A stretch of DNA of 26,378 nucleotides. Origin: an uncultured Thermococci archaeon. Its GTDB lineage: Archaea; Methanobacteriota_B; Thermococci; Thermococcales; Thermococcaceae. Under the pieces are notes generated by a model, which saw only the letters and a program-made list of their open reading frames with translations, was not told where the DNA came from and did not search any database. Made by a program: the position numbers and the translations under genes. The stretch lies in assembly GCA_964615185.1 (NCBI GenBank), contig CAZTOS010000001.1:1-26378 (forward strand), in the 5' to 3' direction. Shown piece by piece: positions 16,654 through 26,350 of this stretch (position 1 is its first letter; every line of letters starts with the position of its first letter).

Positions 16654-16928
16654 TAAAGCAGACAAAAGATGGTGTTGTTCTCCTCGTCCATGTCCAGCCA
16701 AATGCAAAAAAGAACAGCATTGAGGGAATTGACAAGTGGAAGGGAAGGATTAAAATAAAAGTTAGCGCTCCCCCAGTTGGCGGAAAAGCTAACAAAGAAT
16801 TAATAAAGTTCCTCTCAAAGCTACTTGGGAGGGAGGTTGTTATACTCAGGGGAGAAACCTCAAGGGAGAAAGACTTGCTGATTAAAGGAGCAACAATAGA
16901 GGAGGTAAAGGAAAAATTGGGAATTTAA
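16650..16928 (+). CDS. DUF167 / UPF0235 (YggU-like) protein
   Basis: VHVQPNAKKN..IKVSAPPVGGKANKELIKFL..GETSREK. ATG 16650 overlaps the DUF402 stop. Confidence 0.92.
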   Translation: MIKQTKDGVVLLVHVQPNAKKNSIEGIDKWKGRIKIKVSAPPVGGKANKELIKFLSKLLGREVVILRGETSREKDLLIKGATIEEVKEKLGI

Positions 16929-17569
16929 TCCTCAAGCCATATCTCCAGCCTCTGCTTTCCTTTCCCTATGCTTGAGCGCTTCAGCTTTTTGATATGCCCA
17001 ATCTCCTTAATGTCCTTTACATGGGTTCCACCGCATGGAAGGACTTCAAAGTCCCTGATTTGTGTGAGCCTTTTCTCTCCTTCCCACCAAATCTTAACTT
17101 CTCCGCCTTCGTCCACATACTTATTGAAAAGCTCAATAATCTGCCCTTTGTATTTGTTAACGTTTTCTGGATAAAGAATGTCATATCTCCCCTTTTCGAC
17201 ACTCATTCCACTACCGTAAAGCTGCCATTTGCCCTTACCGAGAATTTCATTCAGCACATGGTCTAAGAGGTGCATTGCTGTGTGGATGCGCATGAGCTTA
17301 TAGCGGTAATCCCAGTCTATCCTAAGCTCAACTTCATCTCCCACCTTAAACTTCTCTGGTCCCTCCACAACATGCCAGACATTACCTTCCTCGTCTTTGT
17401 AAACATCTAAAACCTGAACACCATTTATTGTTCCCCTGTCATGTGGCTGTCCTCCACCTGTTGGATAGAAAATGGTCTGATCCAAAAGTAAAGAATTGCC
17501 TTTTATTTCAACGACCTTGGCTTTTGCTTCTTTTAAATAAGCGTCTTCATAGTAAAGTTTCCTTGTCAT
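16925..17569 (-). CDS. alaXM: Alanyl-tRNA editing protein AlaX-M
   Basis: LDQTIFYPTGGGQPHDRG, HTAMH and CGGTH zinc motifs. RBS GGTGA before ATG 17569. Confidence 0.93.
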   Translation of the reverse strand: MTRKLYYEDAYLKEAKAKVVEIKGNSLLLDQTIFYPTGGGQPHDRGTINGVQVLDVYKDEEGNVWHVVEGPEKFKVGDEVELRIDWDYRYKLMRIHTAMHLLDHVLNEILGKGKWQLYGSGMSVEKGRYDILYPENVNKYKGQIIELFNKYVDEGGEVKIWWEGEKRLTQIRDFEVLPCGGTHVKDIKEIGHIKKLKRSSIGKGKQRLEIWLED

Positions 17570-17648
17570 GTTAATCACCTGAAGAAAAATTTACATGCGA
17601 GTATAAATGCTTATCGTAACGTTAAAAGCATTAAAAGAAAAGAAGAGG

Positions 17649-19085
17649 TCATCTTCTCCTAATCAAAAAGACTGCCAAACCTATAAGCACAAGTGCACCA
17701 ACTGCTGCCCCTACCTGCTTATAGTTAAGTCCCTGAGAAGTTTCCGGAAGCGTAAATCTGATGTATGCTCTGCTAACATTTGCAAGAAGTTTTTGAACAT
17801 CTTCCTGAGGTGCACCATATCTGATAAAGACATTTGCGGTTATTGAGATTTTATTGTCATTTACCAGTGTAGTTAAAGTGAACTTGTTGCCTTTGAGTTC
17901 CCTCGTTATATTTTTGGGAACTTCAACGATTTTGGCATCTTTTGGAAGAACAAACTCAATTTTTAGAGTTTGGTTTATCTCACTCTGAGCCCTGTAGCCT
18001 ATATTGTAAAGTGAGTATCCAAGAGTTGGATCAAAAGAATATTCATATGTCTCATTAACTTTCTTTGTAAAGTTCTGAACAACATAATTGGCTTCAATGA
18101 TAAGGGGACCAGTTTCATTTAACCCAATAATTTTTGCATCAGCCTTTTCTACTTTAATCCCCTGTCCTCCGAGGGCTTTGATGTTATTTTGGAGAATTAA
18201 ATCCGTAACATTTTGGACACCCATTAGCTTTATCTGCATTTTCATGAGCTCAATTTGATCTGCAGGTTCAATGTACTTATCTTGAATTAGGAGCTTCATT
18301 GTGCTATTTGGAAGAACTTGTGCTTTCAAGTATTGCTCAGAAACTACTTTTTGATACTGTCCCTCTTCTCCCGGTTGAGGAGTTGTGTATCTAACGTAGA
18401 ATGTGTTGTAATCGCCAAAAAGTGCTCTAAATCCTTCTGGCTTTAGATAAGGTTCAAGATAAATATCCGAGGTCACAATTATTTTGTTCCCTTCAACTTT
18501 TGATCTCACATAGAACTTGCTCTGGTTGTACTCCCTTGTTATGGGTTTTGGATATTCTAAAAGCTTTGCATCTTGAGGAAGCTCAATTATGAAGACATTA
18601 TGAAGCTCAGCCTTATATGGAAGACCAGTATCGGGTATTGGAGCAGTTCCATACCCTCTGGTTGGATCAACTATAATTTCCCAATATTCATCATATGAGT
18701 AATATTTGGCAAACTTCTCTGCAACAGCAGTAAACACGACAGTTAAATTCTTTCCTTCATCAATTCCCAAAATTTTCAGAGTTTGATTAGTGGTCCTTAT
18801 GCCGTAGTTGGCAAGACTTGCTATATACCTCTCAAGCTGCTCTTTTTCATACTTCTTTATAGCTTCTTCTTTTGTTAGGTTTGTTTGATTTAAGATCTGC
18901 TCAACCTGCTTCTGTATCTCATCCTTAGGTTCAAGCCAAGAGGTTTTCAAGGTTATTTGAGCATTCCCATTGTCCAAAACCTTAATTGTGAATACGAACT
19001 CCTCCTTATAAAACGGAACTTCCTGAGCATAAGCCATAGAGATTCCCAAAAGGAGAACTATTAACAATACACCCAACTTTCTCAT
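17649..19085 (-). CDS. Secreted, C-terminally membrane-anchored protein with two tandem homologous domains (DUF4897-like, tentative)
   Basis: Signal peptide and C-terminal TM plus RRR. Internal duplication DPTRGY/DPTLGY and LPQDAKLLEYPKPITRE/LPKDAKIVEVPKNITRE. Many NxS/T sequons. Confidence 0.7.
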   Translation of the reverse strand: MRKLGVLLIVLLLGISMAYAQEVPFYKEEFVFTIKVLDNGNAQITLKTSWLEPKDEIQKQVEQILNQTNLTKEEAIKKYEKEQLERYIASLANYGIRTTNQTLKILGIDEGKNLTVVFTAVAEKFAKYYSYDEYWEIIVDPTRGYGTAPIPDTGLPYKAELHNVFIIELPQDAKLLEYPKPITREYNQSKFYVRSKVEGNKIIVTSDIYLEPYLKPEGFRALFGDYNTFYVRYTTPQPGEEGQYQKVVSEQYLKAQVLPNSTMKLLIQDKYIEPADQIELMKMQIKLMGVQNVTDLILQNNIKALGGQGIKVEKADAKIIGLNETGPLIIEANYVVQNFTKKVNETYEYSFDPTLGYSLYNIGYRAQSEINQTLKIEFVLPKDAKIVEVPKNITRELKGNKFTLTTLVNDNKISITANVFIRYGAPQEDVQKLLANVSRAYIRFTLPETSQGLNYKQVGAAVGALVLIGLAVFLIRRR

Positions 19086-19198
19086 TCCACATTACCTCCA
19101 TTATTAGTGCTTAAGAAGTAGCGCTATGTTTGAGTATTTAACATTATCCCCTAAACTCTGAGGCAAAACAGAAAAGTGACAAAAAGAAAGAAAAATAA

Positions 19199-20485
19199 TC
19201 ACTCCCACTTGCTTAGATCAACTTCTCCTTCTGTCTTTGCAACGATTGTAGTACCTGCAAGGTCTCCTGTAACATTGACCATTGTTCTGCCCATGTCCAA
19301 GATGGCGTCAATACCGAGAATCATTGCATAAGCTGCGGCAACACTTGGGTCTGTTAATGGCAGTCCAACGCTCTGAAGAACCATTGCAAGCATTATCGCA
19401 CCAGCTCCGGGAACACCAGCTGTACCAATTGATGCAAGAACCGCTGTGAGAACTATTGTAAGTTGCTGTCCGAGAGTAAGGTGCTGACCTATTGCAAGGG
19501 CGATGAAGAACGTACAGACACCCTGGTACAGAGCGGTACCATCCATGTTGATTGTTGCACCAAGTGGAAGTGTGAATGAGTAAATACCCTTGCTTATTCC
19601 CATCTCTTCATCAGCCACTCTCATTGTAACTGGTAAAGTACCGCTTGAGCTCCTTGTAACGAATGCTGTAATCATGGCGTCTTTAGCTTTCTTAATGAAC
19701 TTGATTGGGTCAAGTCCAAAGACCTTGAGGAGCACAAAGTAAACCAAGACAATCTGAAGGATCAAACCAAGATATACTGCGACAACCACCTTTGCCAGCT
19801 GGCCAACGACCTTAACTCCCTGCTCTGCCATAACATAAGCAATCAATGCAAAAACACCTATTGGTGCATACTGCATGACACCGCCGACAATCCTGTACAT
19901 AGCCTCTGCGAGACCGTTTATCGCCTTGAAAAGTGTGTTAGCACTGTCTTTCACAAATTCGTCCTTGCTGGTCATGAGGTAAGTTAAAGCAATACCCAGA
20001 ACTATTGCAAAGAATATGGTTGGCAATACTTGTCCGCTTGCTAAAGCTCCAAAGGGATTCTTTGGAATTATGTTGAGGAGTGTTTGAACCATAGAAGGTG
20101 CTTGCTTTGCTTGGAATTTAGCTCCTGTAGCCAATTGGAGTCTAAGTCCCGGTTTGAATATCCTTGCCATTATTATACCAAGTGTCACTGCAAATGCTGA
20201 TGTAAGCAGGTAATAGATGACGATTTTAACTCCAACCCTCCCAAGTCTTGCTGGACTTATGCTTGCTGCACCCACAACAAGAGATGCGAAGACTATGGGC
20301 ATCACTAACATCTTCAGCAGTCTGACAAAGATGTCACCGAAGGGCTTGATGTATGTCTTAACGGCACCTGCATACCCCAGGTGTCCCATAATCAAACCGA
20401 AGATAGCACCAAGAATCAAACCAGCAAAAATCTTTTGAAGCACTGGGATGTCCAAATAAGTTCTTAAAATACCTTTTTGTGCCAT
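19199..20485 (-). CDS. glt: Na+/aspartate symporter, GltPh/GltTk orthologue (DAACS family)
   Basis: [33 protein letters not shown] and [16 protein letters not shown] motifs. Start 20485. Confidence 0.95.
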   Translation of the reverse strand: MAQKGILRTYLDIPVLQKIFAGLILGAIFGLIMGHLGYAGAVKTYIKPFGDIFVRLLKMLVMPIVFASLVVGAASISPARLGRVGVKIVIYYLLTSAFAVTLGIIMARIFKPGLRLQLATGAKFQAKQAPSMVQTLLNIIPKNPFGALASGQVLPTIFFAIVLGIALTYLMTSKDEFVKDSANTLFKAINGLAEAMYRIVGGVMQYAPIGVFALIAYVMAEQGVKVVGQLAKVVVAVYLGLILQIVLVYFVLLKVFGLDPIKFIKKAKDAMITAFVTRSSSGTLPVTMRVADEEMGISKGIYSFTLPLGATINMDGTALYQGVCTFFIALAIGQHLTLGQQLTIVLTAVLASIGTAGVPGAGAIMLAMVLQSVGLPLTDPSVAAAYAMILGIDAILDMGRTMVNVTGDLAGTTIVAKTEGEVDLSKWE

Positions 20486-20605
20486 GCTTGTTTCCCCCCA
20501 ACTCACTGCCCATTGATGGACAGCAATTAAGGATTATGCACATTTGGTATATTAAATTTTCCATTCTGCCTAATGGGGACTCGACAATTGACTTTAAATA
20601 TCAGG

Positions 20606-21355
20606 TTATGAGAGCTTGAGTGATAAATCCCCATAGTAGATTTTTTTCAATGTGCCATTTTTCAGGGCTATGATAAGAGAACCGTCATCGCTTACATCAA
20701 CTGCAGTGCCGATAATTTCCTCCTCATCCCCTATGATCTTGACCTCATTTCCAATAACTGCACTATGGGCTTTCCATTTCTCCAATATTATGCTGTGTTG
20801 ACCGTCAAGATATTTCAAATACCATCTATCCAGCTTCTCCACAAGCTTCTTGAAAACTTCAACAATTGGAACCCTAAATCCTAAAATCTCCCTCATAGAA
20901 GTTGCGATATTCGAAAGATCTTTGGGAATTGGATTATTGACATTCAGCCCTATACCAAGAACCACATACTCCACACTATCCACTGAATATTTTCCTTCAC
21001 TTAAAATTCCACAGATTTTCTTCCCATCAACAAGAACGTCATTTGGCCACTTAATTTTTCCCTCAATTCCAAATTCTTCTAAGGTCTCAACAACAGCAAG
21101 TGCAGAGAGAAACACAAGTTTTGTGATGTGCTTTGGATGAAGATTGGGCTTAAGGATAACACTCATCCACAGCCCACCCTTTGGAGATGACCACTTTCTG
21201 AGTTTCCTTCCTTTACCCTTTTTCTGAACATCTGCAATAACAACTGTACCATCACTTTCCATCAGAGCTATCTTTTTGGCAAACTCATTTGTGGAATCCG
21301 TTTCTTGAAGATAGATAATCTTTTTCCCAATTATCCTGGTGTTCAGATTAAGCAT
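20606..21355 (-). CDS. birA: Biotin--protein ligase (class I, no HTH)
   Basis: DSTN, GKGRKLRKWSSP, KWPNDV, KICGIL, GIGLNV. Confidence 0.94.
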   Translation of the reverse strand: MLNLNTRIIGKKIIYLQETDSTNEFAKKIALMESDGTVVIADVQKKGKGRKLRKWSSPKGGLWMSVILKPNLHPKHITKLVFLSALAVVETLEEFGIEGKIKWPNDVLVDGKKICGILSEGKYSVDSVEYVVLGIGLNVNNPIPKDLSNIATSMREILGFRVPIVEVFKKLVEKLDRWYLKYLDGQHSIILEKWKAHSAVIGNEVKIIGDEEEIIGTAVDVSDDGSLIIALKNGTLKKIYYGDLSLKLS

Positions 21356-21428
21356 AAAACCACCACTTATGAGTTCTTGAATGTAGAATTTTAAATTAAC
21401 GGCAAAGCTTAAATTTACAAAATTGTTA

Positions 21429-21445
21429 TATCACCCAAGGTGATT
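21429..21445 (+). promoter_or_regulatory. Thermococcales glycolytic motif (TGM; TrmBL1/Tgr operator)
   Basis: TATCAC-CCAAG-GTGATT versus consensus TATCAC-N5-GTGATA. Downstream of the TATA (CTTAAA ~21408-21413) and overlapping the fba RBS. Confidence 0.85.
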
Positions 21446-21448
21446 AGT

Positions 21449-22294
21449 ATGGAAGCATTTCAAAATGTTGGGATTAGGAGAAGGCTTAGAAGGTTTTTCA
21501 GAAGAGATGGCAGAGCTTTAATATTTGCCATGGATCATGGATTTGAGCATGGACCAGAGGACTTCAATGAAGTCTGGGAGCATATAAAGCCGAAGATAAT
21601 CATAAGAAAGGTCGTTAGAGCAGGCATTGATGGCGTTATGATGCTGCCAGGAATTGCAAGAATTGCTGCCGATGAGTTGAAACCAGATACAGGTTTGATG
21701 GTCAAGCTCACGAGTAAGACAAATTTAAGACCAAAAGAAGACCAATTTTTACAGAGCCCTCTCGGCTTTGTTGAAGATGCAATTAAACTTGGAGCTGATG
21801 CAGTCGCTGCCACTGTTTACTGGGGCTCACCCTATGAGGACATAATGATGAAGCAGTTTGCTGAGGTTGCGAGCATCGCACATGATTTTGGGTTACCTGT
21901 TGTTCAGTTTGCCTATCCAAGAGGGCCTTATATCAACGAAAAATATGGCAAAAAAGAGGATTATAGGGTTGTTATGTATGGAGCAAGAGCAGCGGCAGAA
22001 ATGGGTGCTGACATGATTAAGACTTATTGGACTGGCTCAAGAGAGACATTTGCCAAAGTTGTTGACGCTGCTGCTGGTGTTCCTGTCCTTCTAAGTGGGG
22101 GAGCAAAAGCTAAGAACCCTCTCGACTTCTTAAAGGTTGTTTACAATGTTATTGAAGCTGGCGGAGCTGGAGCAGTCGTTGGCAGAAACATATTCCAGCG
22201 TGAAAACCCAGAACCCATGATTAAAGCTCTGCTTAGAGTAATCCACCGCAATGAAGAACCTGAAGAGGCTGCAAAAGCTGAAGGACTAATTTAA
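21449..22294 (+). CDS. fba: Archaeal class I fructose-bisphosphate aldolase
   Basis: [25 protein letters not shown] (Schiff-base Lys), LSGGAK, GRNIFQ. TGM upstream. Confidence 0.95.
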   Translation: MEAFQNVGIRRRLRRFFRRDGRALIFAMDHGFEHGPEDFNEVWEHIKPKIIIRKVVRAGIDGVMMLPGIARIAADELKPDTGLMVKLTSKTNLRPKEDQFLQSPLGFVEDAIKLGADAVAATVYWGSPYEDIMMKQFAEVASIAHDFGLPVVQFAYPRGPYINEKYGKKEDYRVVMYGARAAAEMGADMIKTYWTGSRETFAKVVDAAAGVPVLLSGGAKAKNPLDFLKVVYNVIEAGGAGAVVGRNIFQRENPEPMIKALLRVIHRNEEPEEAAKAEGLI

Positions 22295-22382
22295 AGTGCT
22301 CTTCTTTATTTTTATCCAAATTTGCCCAAAAACACATAAAAACCCACAAGTTGATTCTTTAGTTGACAAGAAAATTTCAAAG

Positions 22383-22402
22383 TTGAACAAAAGTTTGTTC
22401 AA
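22383..22402 (+). promoter_or_regulatory. Perfect 9-bp inverted repeat immediately upstream of the oadA BRE/TATA
   Basis: TTGAACAAA-AG-TTTGTTCAA followed by AGGTATTTTATA. Confidence 0.55.
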
Positions 22403-22451
22403 AGGTATTTTATACCCCGTGTTTTTAAATTGAGTCACAAGGTGAGTAAAA

Positions 22452-24212
22452 ATGGTAGAGATAATAGATACAACTTTTAGGGATGCTCACCAATCACTAA
22501 TAGCAACAAGAATGAGCACAAAAGACATGCTTCCAATAGCTGAAAAGATGGACAAGATTGGTTTTTACTCAATGGAAGTATGGGGAGGAGCAACTTTTGA
22601 TGCTGCCTTAAGATTTCTGAGAGAAGACCCCTGGGAAAGACTGAGAAGTCTAAGAGAACATATAAAAAAGACAAAACTTCAGATGCTTCTAAGAGCTCAG
22701 AATGTCGTTGGATATAAACATTATCCCGATGACGTTGTAGAAAAGTTCGTGGAGTTAGCATATAAGAATGGAATTGACATTTTTAGAGTTTTTGACGCTC
22801 TAAATGATGTTAGAAACATGAGAACAGCAATTAAAAAAGCTAAGGAGGTTGGGGCAGAGGTTCAAGGGGCAATATGCTACACTACAGGACCAATTTTTAC
22901 GGTGGATTATTACATGGAGAGGGTTGATGAACTAATAGAGCTTGATGTTGATTACATAACAATCAAAGACATGGCGGCTCTTTTGGATCCTCAAATGGCA
23001 TATGAACTCGTGAAGGAAATCAAAGAACGCTATGGTATTAAAGTTAATGTTCACACTCATGCAACAAGCGGCTTGGCTCCAGCAACGTATTTAAAAGCCG
23101 TAGAAGCGGGGGCAGATTTTATAGACACCGCAATCTACCCCTTAGCCAATGGGACAGCACAACCGGCAATACAAACAATATATCATACATTAAGGGACAA
23201 GCCTAAGATAGACATGAAGCTTATCTTCCAGATTTCCCGCTACCTGAGGAAAATTCTTGATGAGAAATATGAGCACTTGATGAATAAGAGAGCCCTTCAT
23301 GGAGACCCAAATGTTCTGCTTCATCAGATTCCCGGTGGAATGTATTCTAATCTGCTAAAGCAACTAAGTGAGCTTAAGGCGTTGGACAAACTCGATGAAG
23401 TCCTTGAGGAAGTACCAAGGGTTAGAGAAGAACTCGGATATCCTCCTTTAGTTACTCCCACTTCACAGATAGTCGGAACTCAAGCAGTTTTCAATGTCTT
23501 ATTCGGACGATACAAAATGATTACTAAGGAAACCAAGAATTACGTCAAAGGGCTGTATGGAAAGCCACCAGCCCCAATAAAGGAGGAAATTAGGAAGCTT
23601 ATCCTTGGAGATGAAGAACCAATAACAGTTAGACCTGCTGATTTACTTGAACCTATGCTTGAAAAATGCAGAAAAGAACTTGAGGAGAAAGGATACCTTG
23701 AGAAAGAGGAAGACATATTAACTTACGCTCTCTTTCCACAGGTTGCCCTTGAGTTCTTTGAGCTAAGAAAGAAAGGAGAGCTTAAACCTGTCGAAGAAAA
23801 GCCAAAAGGCAAAATCATCAAGATTTACATTGGTGGAAGAGAATATGAAGTTGGAATCGAAGGAATAAAGCTTGAAAATCTTGTAATGCCAGCATATGCT
23901 CCCCAAGTAACGCAAGAAGAAGTTGTACAACCAACAACAGTGGCTCCTGCTCCTTCAGTAGCTCCTGTTTCAACTCCAACTCCAACGCCGGCGGTGGGTG
24001 AGAATGTTGTTTCAGCGCCAATGCCTGGCAAGATTTTGAGGATTCTTGTTAATGAGGGGGATCAGGTAAAAGTTGGTCAAGGTTTGCTTGTTTTGGAGGC
24101 AATGAAGATGGAGAACGAGATTCCATCACCAAAAGACGGTGTTGTAAAGAAAATCCTCATAAAAGAAGGCGACACAGTAGACACAGGACAACCCCTTGTT
24201 GAAATAATTTGA
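22452..24212 (+). CDS. oadA: Pyruvate/oxaloacetate carboxyltransferase with C-terminal biotinyl domain (OadA/PycB-like)
   Basis: RDAHQSL, WGGATFD, IKDMA, HTH, HQIPGGM, VTPTSQIVG. Pro/Thr/Ala linker. EAMKM biotinylation site. Confidence 0.92.
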   Translation: MVEIIDTTFRDAHQSLIATRMSTKDMLPIAEKMDKIGFYSMEVWGGATFDAALRFLREDPWERLRSLREHIKKTKLQMLLRAQNVVGYKHYPDDVVEKFVELAYKNGIDIFRVFDALNDVRNMRTAIKKAKEVGAEVQGAICYTTGPIFTVDYYMERVDELIELDVDYITIKDMAALLDPQMAYELVKEIKERYGIKVNVHTHATSGLAPATYLKAVEAGADFIDTAIYPLANGTAQPAIQTIYHTLRDKPKIDMKLIFQISRYLRKILDEKYEHLMNKRALHGDPNVLLHQIPGGMYSNLLKQLSELKALDKLDEVLEEVPRVREELGYPPLVTPTSQIVGTQAVFNVLFGRYKMITKETKNYVKGLYGKPPAPIKEEIRKLILGDEEPITVRPADLLEPMLEKCRKELEEKGYLEKEEDILTYALFPQVALEFFELRKKGELKPVEEKPKGKIIKIYIGGREYEVGIEGIKLENLVMPAYAPQVTQEEVVQPTTVAPAPSVAPVSTPTPTPAVGENVVSAPMPGKILRILVNEGDQVKVGQGLLVLEAMKMENEIPSPKDGVVKKILIKEGDTVDTGQPLVEII

Positions 24213-24355
24213 ATTTCCTCCTCTCGAATATTTTTCTCCAAATTCAAGTTATGGTTTAAGAAATCAGAAAAATCTTGAGTTCGAACGAAATTCTTCCGAA
24301 AGACATATAAGGACATTTTCCAAAATTTCACATTGGATACATTGGGGGTGTAGTT

Positions 24356-26074
24356 ATGAACTCAGCAGTTATTATTTTGGTGGGTGCCCTGATATATGTA
24401 GGGCTATATATGACCTATGGAAAGTCCCTCCAAAACAAGGTTGTTAGAGCAGACCCAAACAGACCAACACCTGCACACAAGTTCTATGATGGCGTCGACT
24501 ATGTTCCAGCCCACCCACTGGTGTTATATGGACACCACTTTGCATCAATAGCAGGAGCAGGTCCAATAGTAGGTCCAGCGGTGGCAATGGCATGGGGATG
24601 GCTCCCATCATTGCTGTGGGTATGGTTTGGAAATGTATTCATTGGTGCAGTACATGACTATTTAGCATTGATGGCATCTGTCCGTTACGATGGTAAGTCC
24701 ATTCAGTGGATTGCTGGAAAAATAATGAGCAAAAGAACTGGAATTGCATTTGAGCTTTACATATGGTTCGCTCTCTTGCTTGTAGTTGCAGCATTCACTT
24801 CAGTAGTTGCAGGCATATTTAGTGGAACTCCTGAAGCAGCAACAGCGGCAATACTATTCTTAGTCTCAGCGGTTATCCTTGGATGGCTTTTATACAAGGT
24901 GAAGATAAACTTCTACCTTGGAACTGCAATAGGGCTAATATTAGTTGCACTATCAGTGTTCCTTGGATTTAAATTCCCAATAGTTGCGAGCAAGCATGCT
25001 TGGATGCTGTTCTTATTAGTCTACATTATATTTGCATCATCACTACCGGTGTGGATATTGCTCCAACCAAGAGATTACCTGAATGCATATATACTGTGGT
25101 TCGGTCTCCTCTTAGGAGGTCTGGCATTCATAGTCGTAGGCCTCAAGGGTCTCGGAACATTTACGGCACCAGCATTCTCGACATGGTCAGCTAATGTTGT
25201 AGGTGGAAAGCCCTCACCGTTCTGGCCAACTGTTCCATTGGTAATCGCATGTGGTGCTCTGAGTGGATTCCACTCCATTGTAGGTTCCGGTACATCCTCA
25301 AAGCAATTGGACAATGAAATTCATGGACTATTGGTGGGATATGGAGGGATGTTTACAGAAGGATTCTTATCAACGATTGTCATTACATCAATAGCAGTTT
25401 ACGGCTTCACTGTCCTCAAGGACGCTGGAATTGCAATAACAGCGTCAAATTGGGGTGCAAAGTACGCAGTTGAAGTTGTGAAACATGGACTGAAAGTAGG
25501 GGTATTTGCCAGGAGTTATGCCCACGGGTTGGAAGATGCTTTCGGAATCAGCTACAAGTTTGGTGTGGTCTTTGCAAGCTTGTGGGTTTCAGCCTTTGCA
25601 TTAACATCACTTGATACTGCCACAAGACTTGGAAGGTTTGCATGGCAAGAAGTCTTTGGAATGGTTGTTGATACAAGCCAAGGGATATGGAAAACAATAA
25701 CCAATAGATGGGTAGCTTCAATCATAATTGCCGGACTTGGTGTCTACTTAGCATGGGGCGGGAGCTGGTTAATCATTTGGCCAGCGTTTAGTGGTATGAA
25801 CCAGCTTTTAGCATCAATAGCCATGATGACAGCTGCTCTATGGGTTTACAAGATACAGAAAGCCGGAGCATGGAGCTATGCAGTCGTTATACCAGCACTG
25901 TTCCTTTGGATTACGGTTACACTGGCACTCATATGGTTCTTAGTTGTGGTAAAACCAACACTTCCAATTGCGATAATTACAGCAATAGGCGTCTTGTTAA
26001 ACTTACTCTTAGCATACGACTTCTACCTTGCATGGAAGAGGCCCGCCGAGGAATACGAGGCAGCCCCGGCGTGA
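24356..26074 (+). CDS. cstA: Carbon starvation protein A family transporter
   Basis: TPAH..DGVDYVP, GHHFASIAGAGPIVGP, LLQPRDY, IACGALSGFHS, LTSLDTATRLGRF. Confidence 0.96.
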   Translation: MNSAVIILVGALIYVGLYMTYGKSLQNKVVRADPNRPTPAHKFYDGVDYVPAHPLVLYGHHFASIAGAGPIVGPAVAMAWGWLPSLLWVWFGNVFIGAVHDYLALMASVRYDGKSIQWIAGKIMSKRTGIAFELYIWFALLLVVAAFTSVVAGIFSGTPEAATAAILFLVSAVILGWLLYKVKINFYLGTAIGLILVALSVFLGFKFPIVASKHAWMLFLLVYIIFASSLPVWILLQPRDYLNAYILWFGLLLGGLAFIVVGLKGLGTFTAPAFSTWSANVVGGKPSPFWPTVPLVIACGALSGFHSIVGSGTSSKQLDNEIHGLLVGYGGMFTEGFLSTIVITSIAVYGFTVLKDAGIAITASNWGAKYAVEVVKHGLKVGVFARSYAHGLEDAFGISYKFGVVFASLWVSAFALTSLDTATRLGRFAWQEVFGMVVDTSQGIWKTITNRWVASIIIAGLGVYLAWGGSWLIIWPAFSGMNQLLASIAMMTAALWVYKIQKAGAWSYAVVIPALFLWITVTLALIWFLVVVKPTLPIAIITAIGVLLNLLLAYDFYLAWKRPAEEYEAAPA

Positions 26075-26076
26075 AA

Positions 26077-26106
26077 TTCTTTTCCCTTTTTAAATTTTTA
26101 ATTTTG
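26077..26106 (+). terminator. Oligo-T tract after cstA (possible terminator)
   Basis: TTCTTTTCCCTTTTTAAATTTTT directly after the stop. Confidence 0.35.
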
Positions 26107-26119
26107 TTGAGGTGATTCA

Positions 26120-26350
26120 ATGAAAACCTTCTTAAGGGGGATTCTCTACCGGGTTTTATGGGAATTCAATAAGGGGGTTAAGCCTTATTATCTTAGGGGC
26201 CTCCAATGGGAAGAAGAACTTCTTTTGCCTGGGAGTTATGTAGGACTCCCAAACCCTCATGTGAACCTCAGCTATAGGATTCTCCTATACATGACCAAGG
26301 GGTATATACTATATCAGGGGAATGGGGTGATTAAATGTTTGAAAATCTAA
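26120..26350 (+). CDS. Small CstA-associated protein, possibly degenerate
   Basis: RBS GAGGTGA. LLLPGSYVGLPNP..LSYRILLYM resembles, from memory, small proteins encoded after cstA. Confidence 0.5.
   Translation: MKTFLRGILYRVLWEFNKGVKPYYLRGLQWEEELLLPGSYVGLPNPHVNLSYRILLYMTKGYILYQGNGVIKCLKI

Noticed and set aside
23930..23995. Short repeats (ACTCCA x2-3, GCTCCT) in oadA
   Set aside because: They encode the ordinary Pro/Thr/Ala linker before the biotinyl domain.
3404..26115. Many 60-135 aa ORFs antisense or out of frame within recognised genes
   Set aside because: They are shadows of well-supported CDSs, with no motifs or RBSs.
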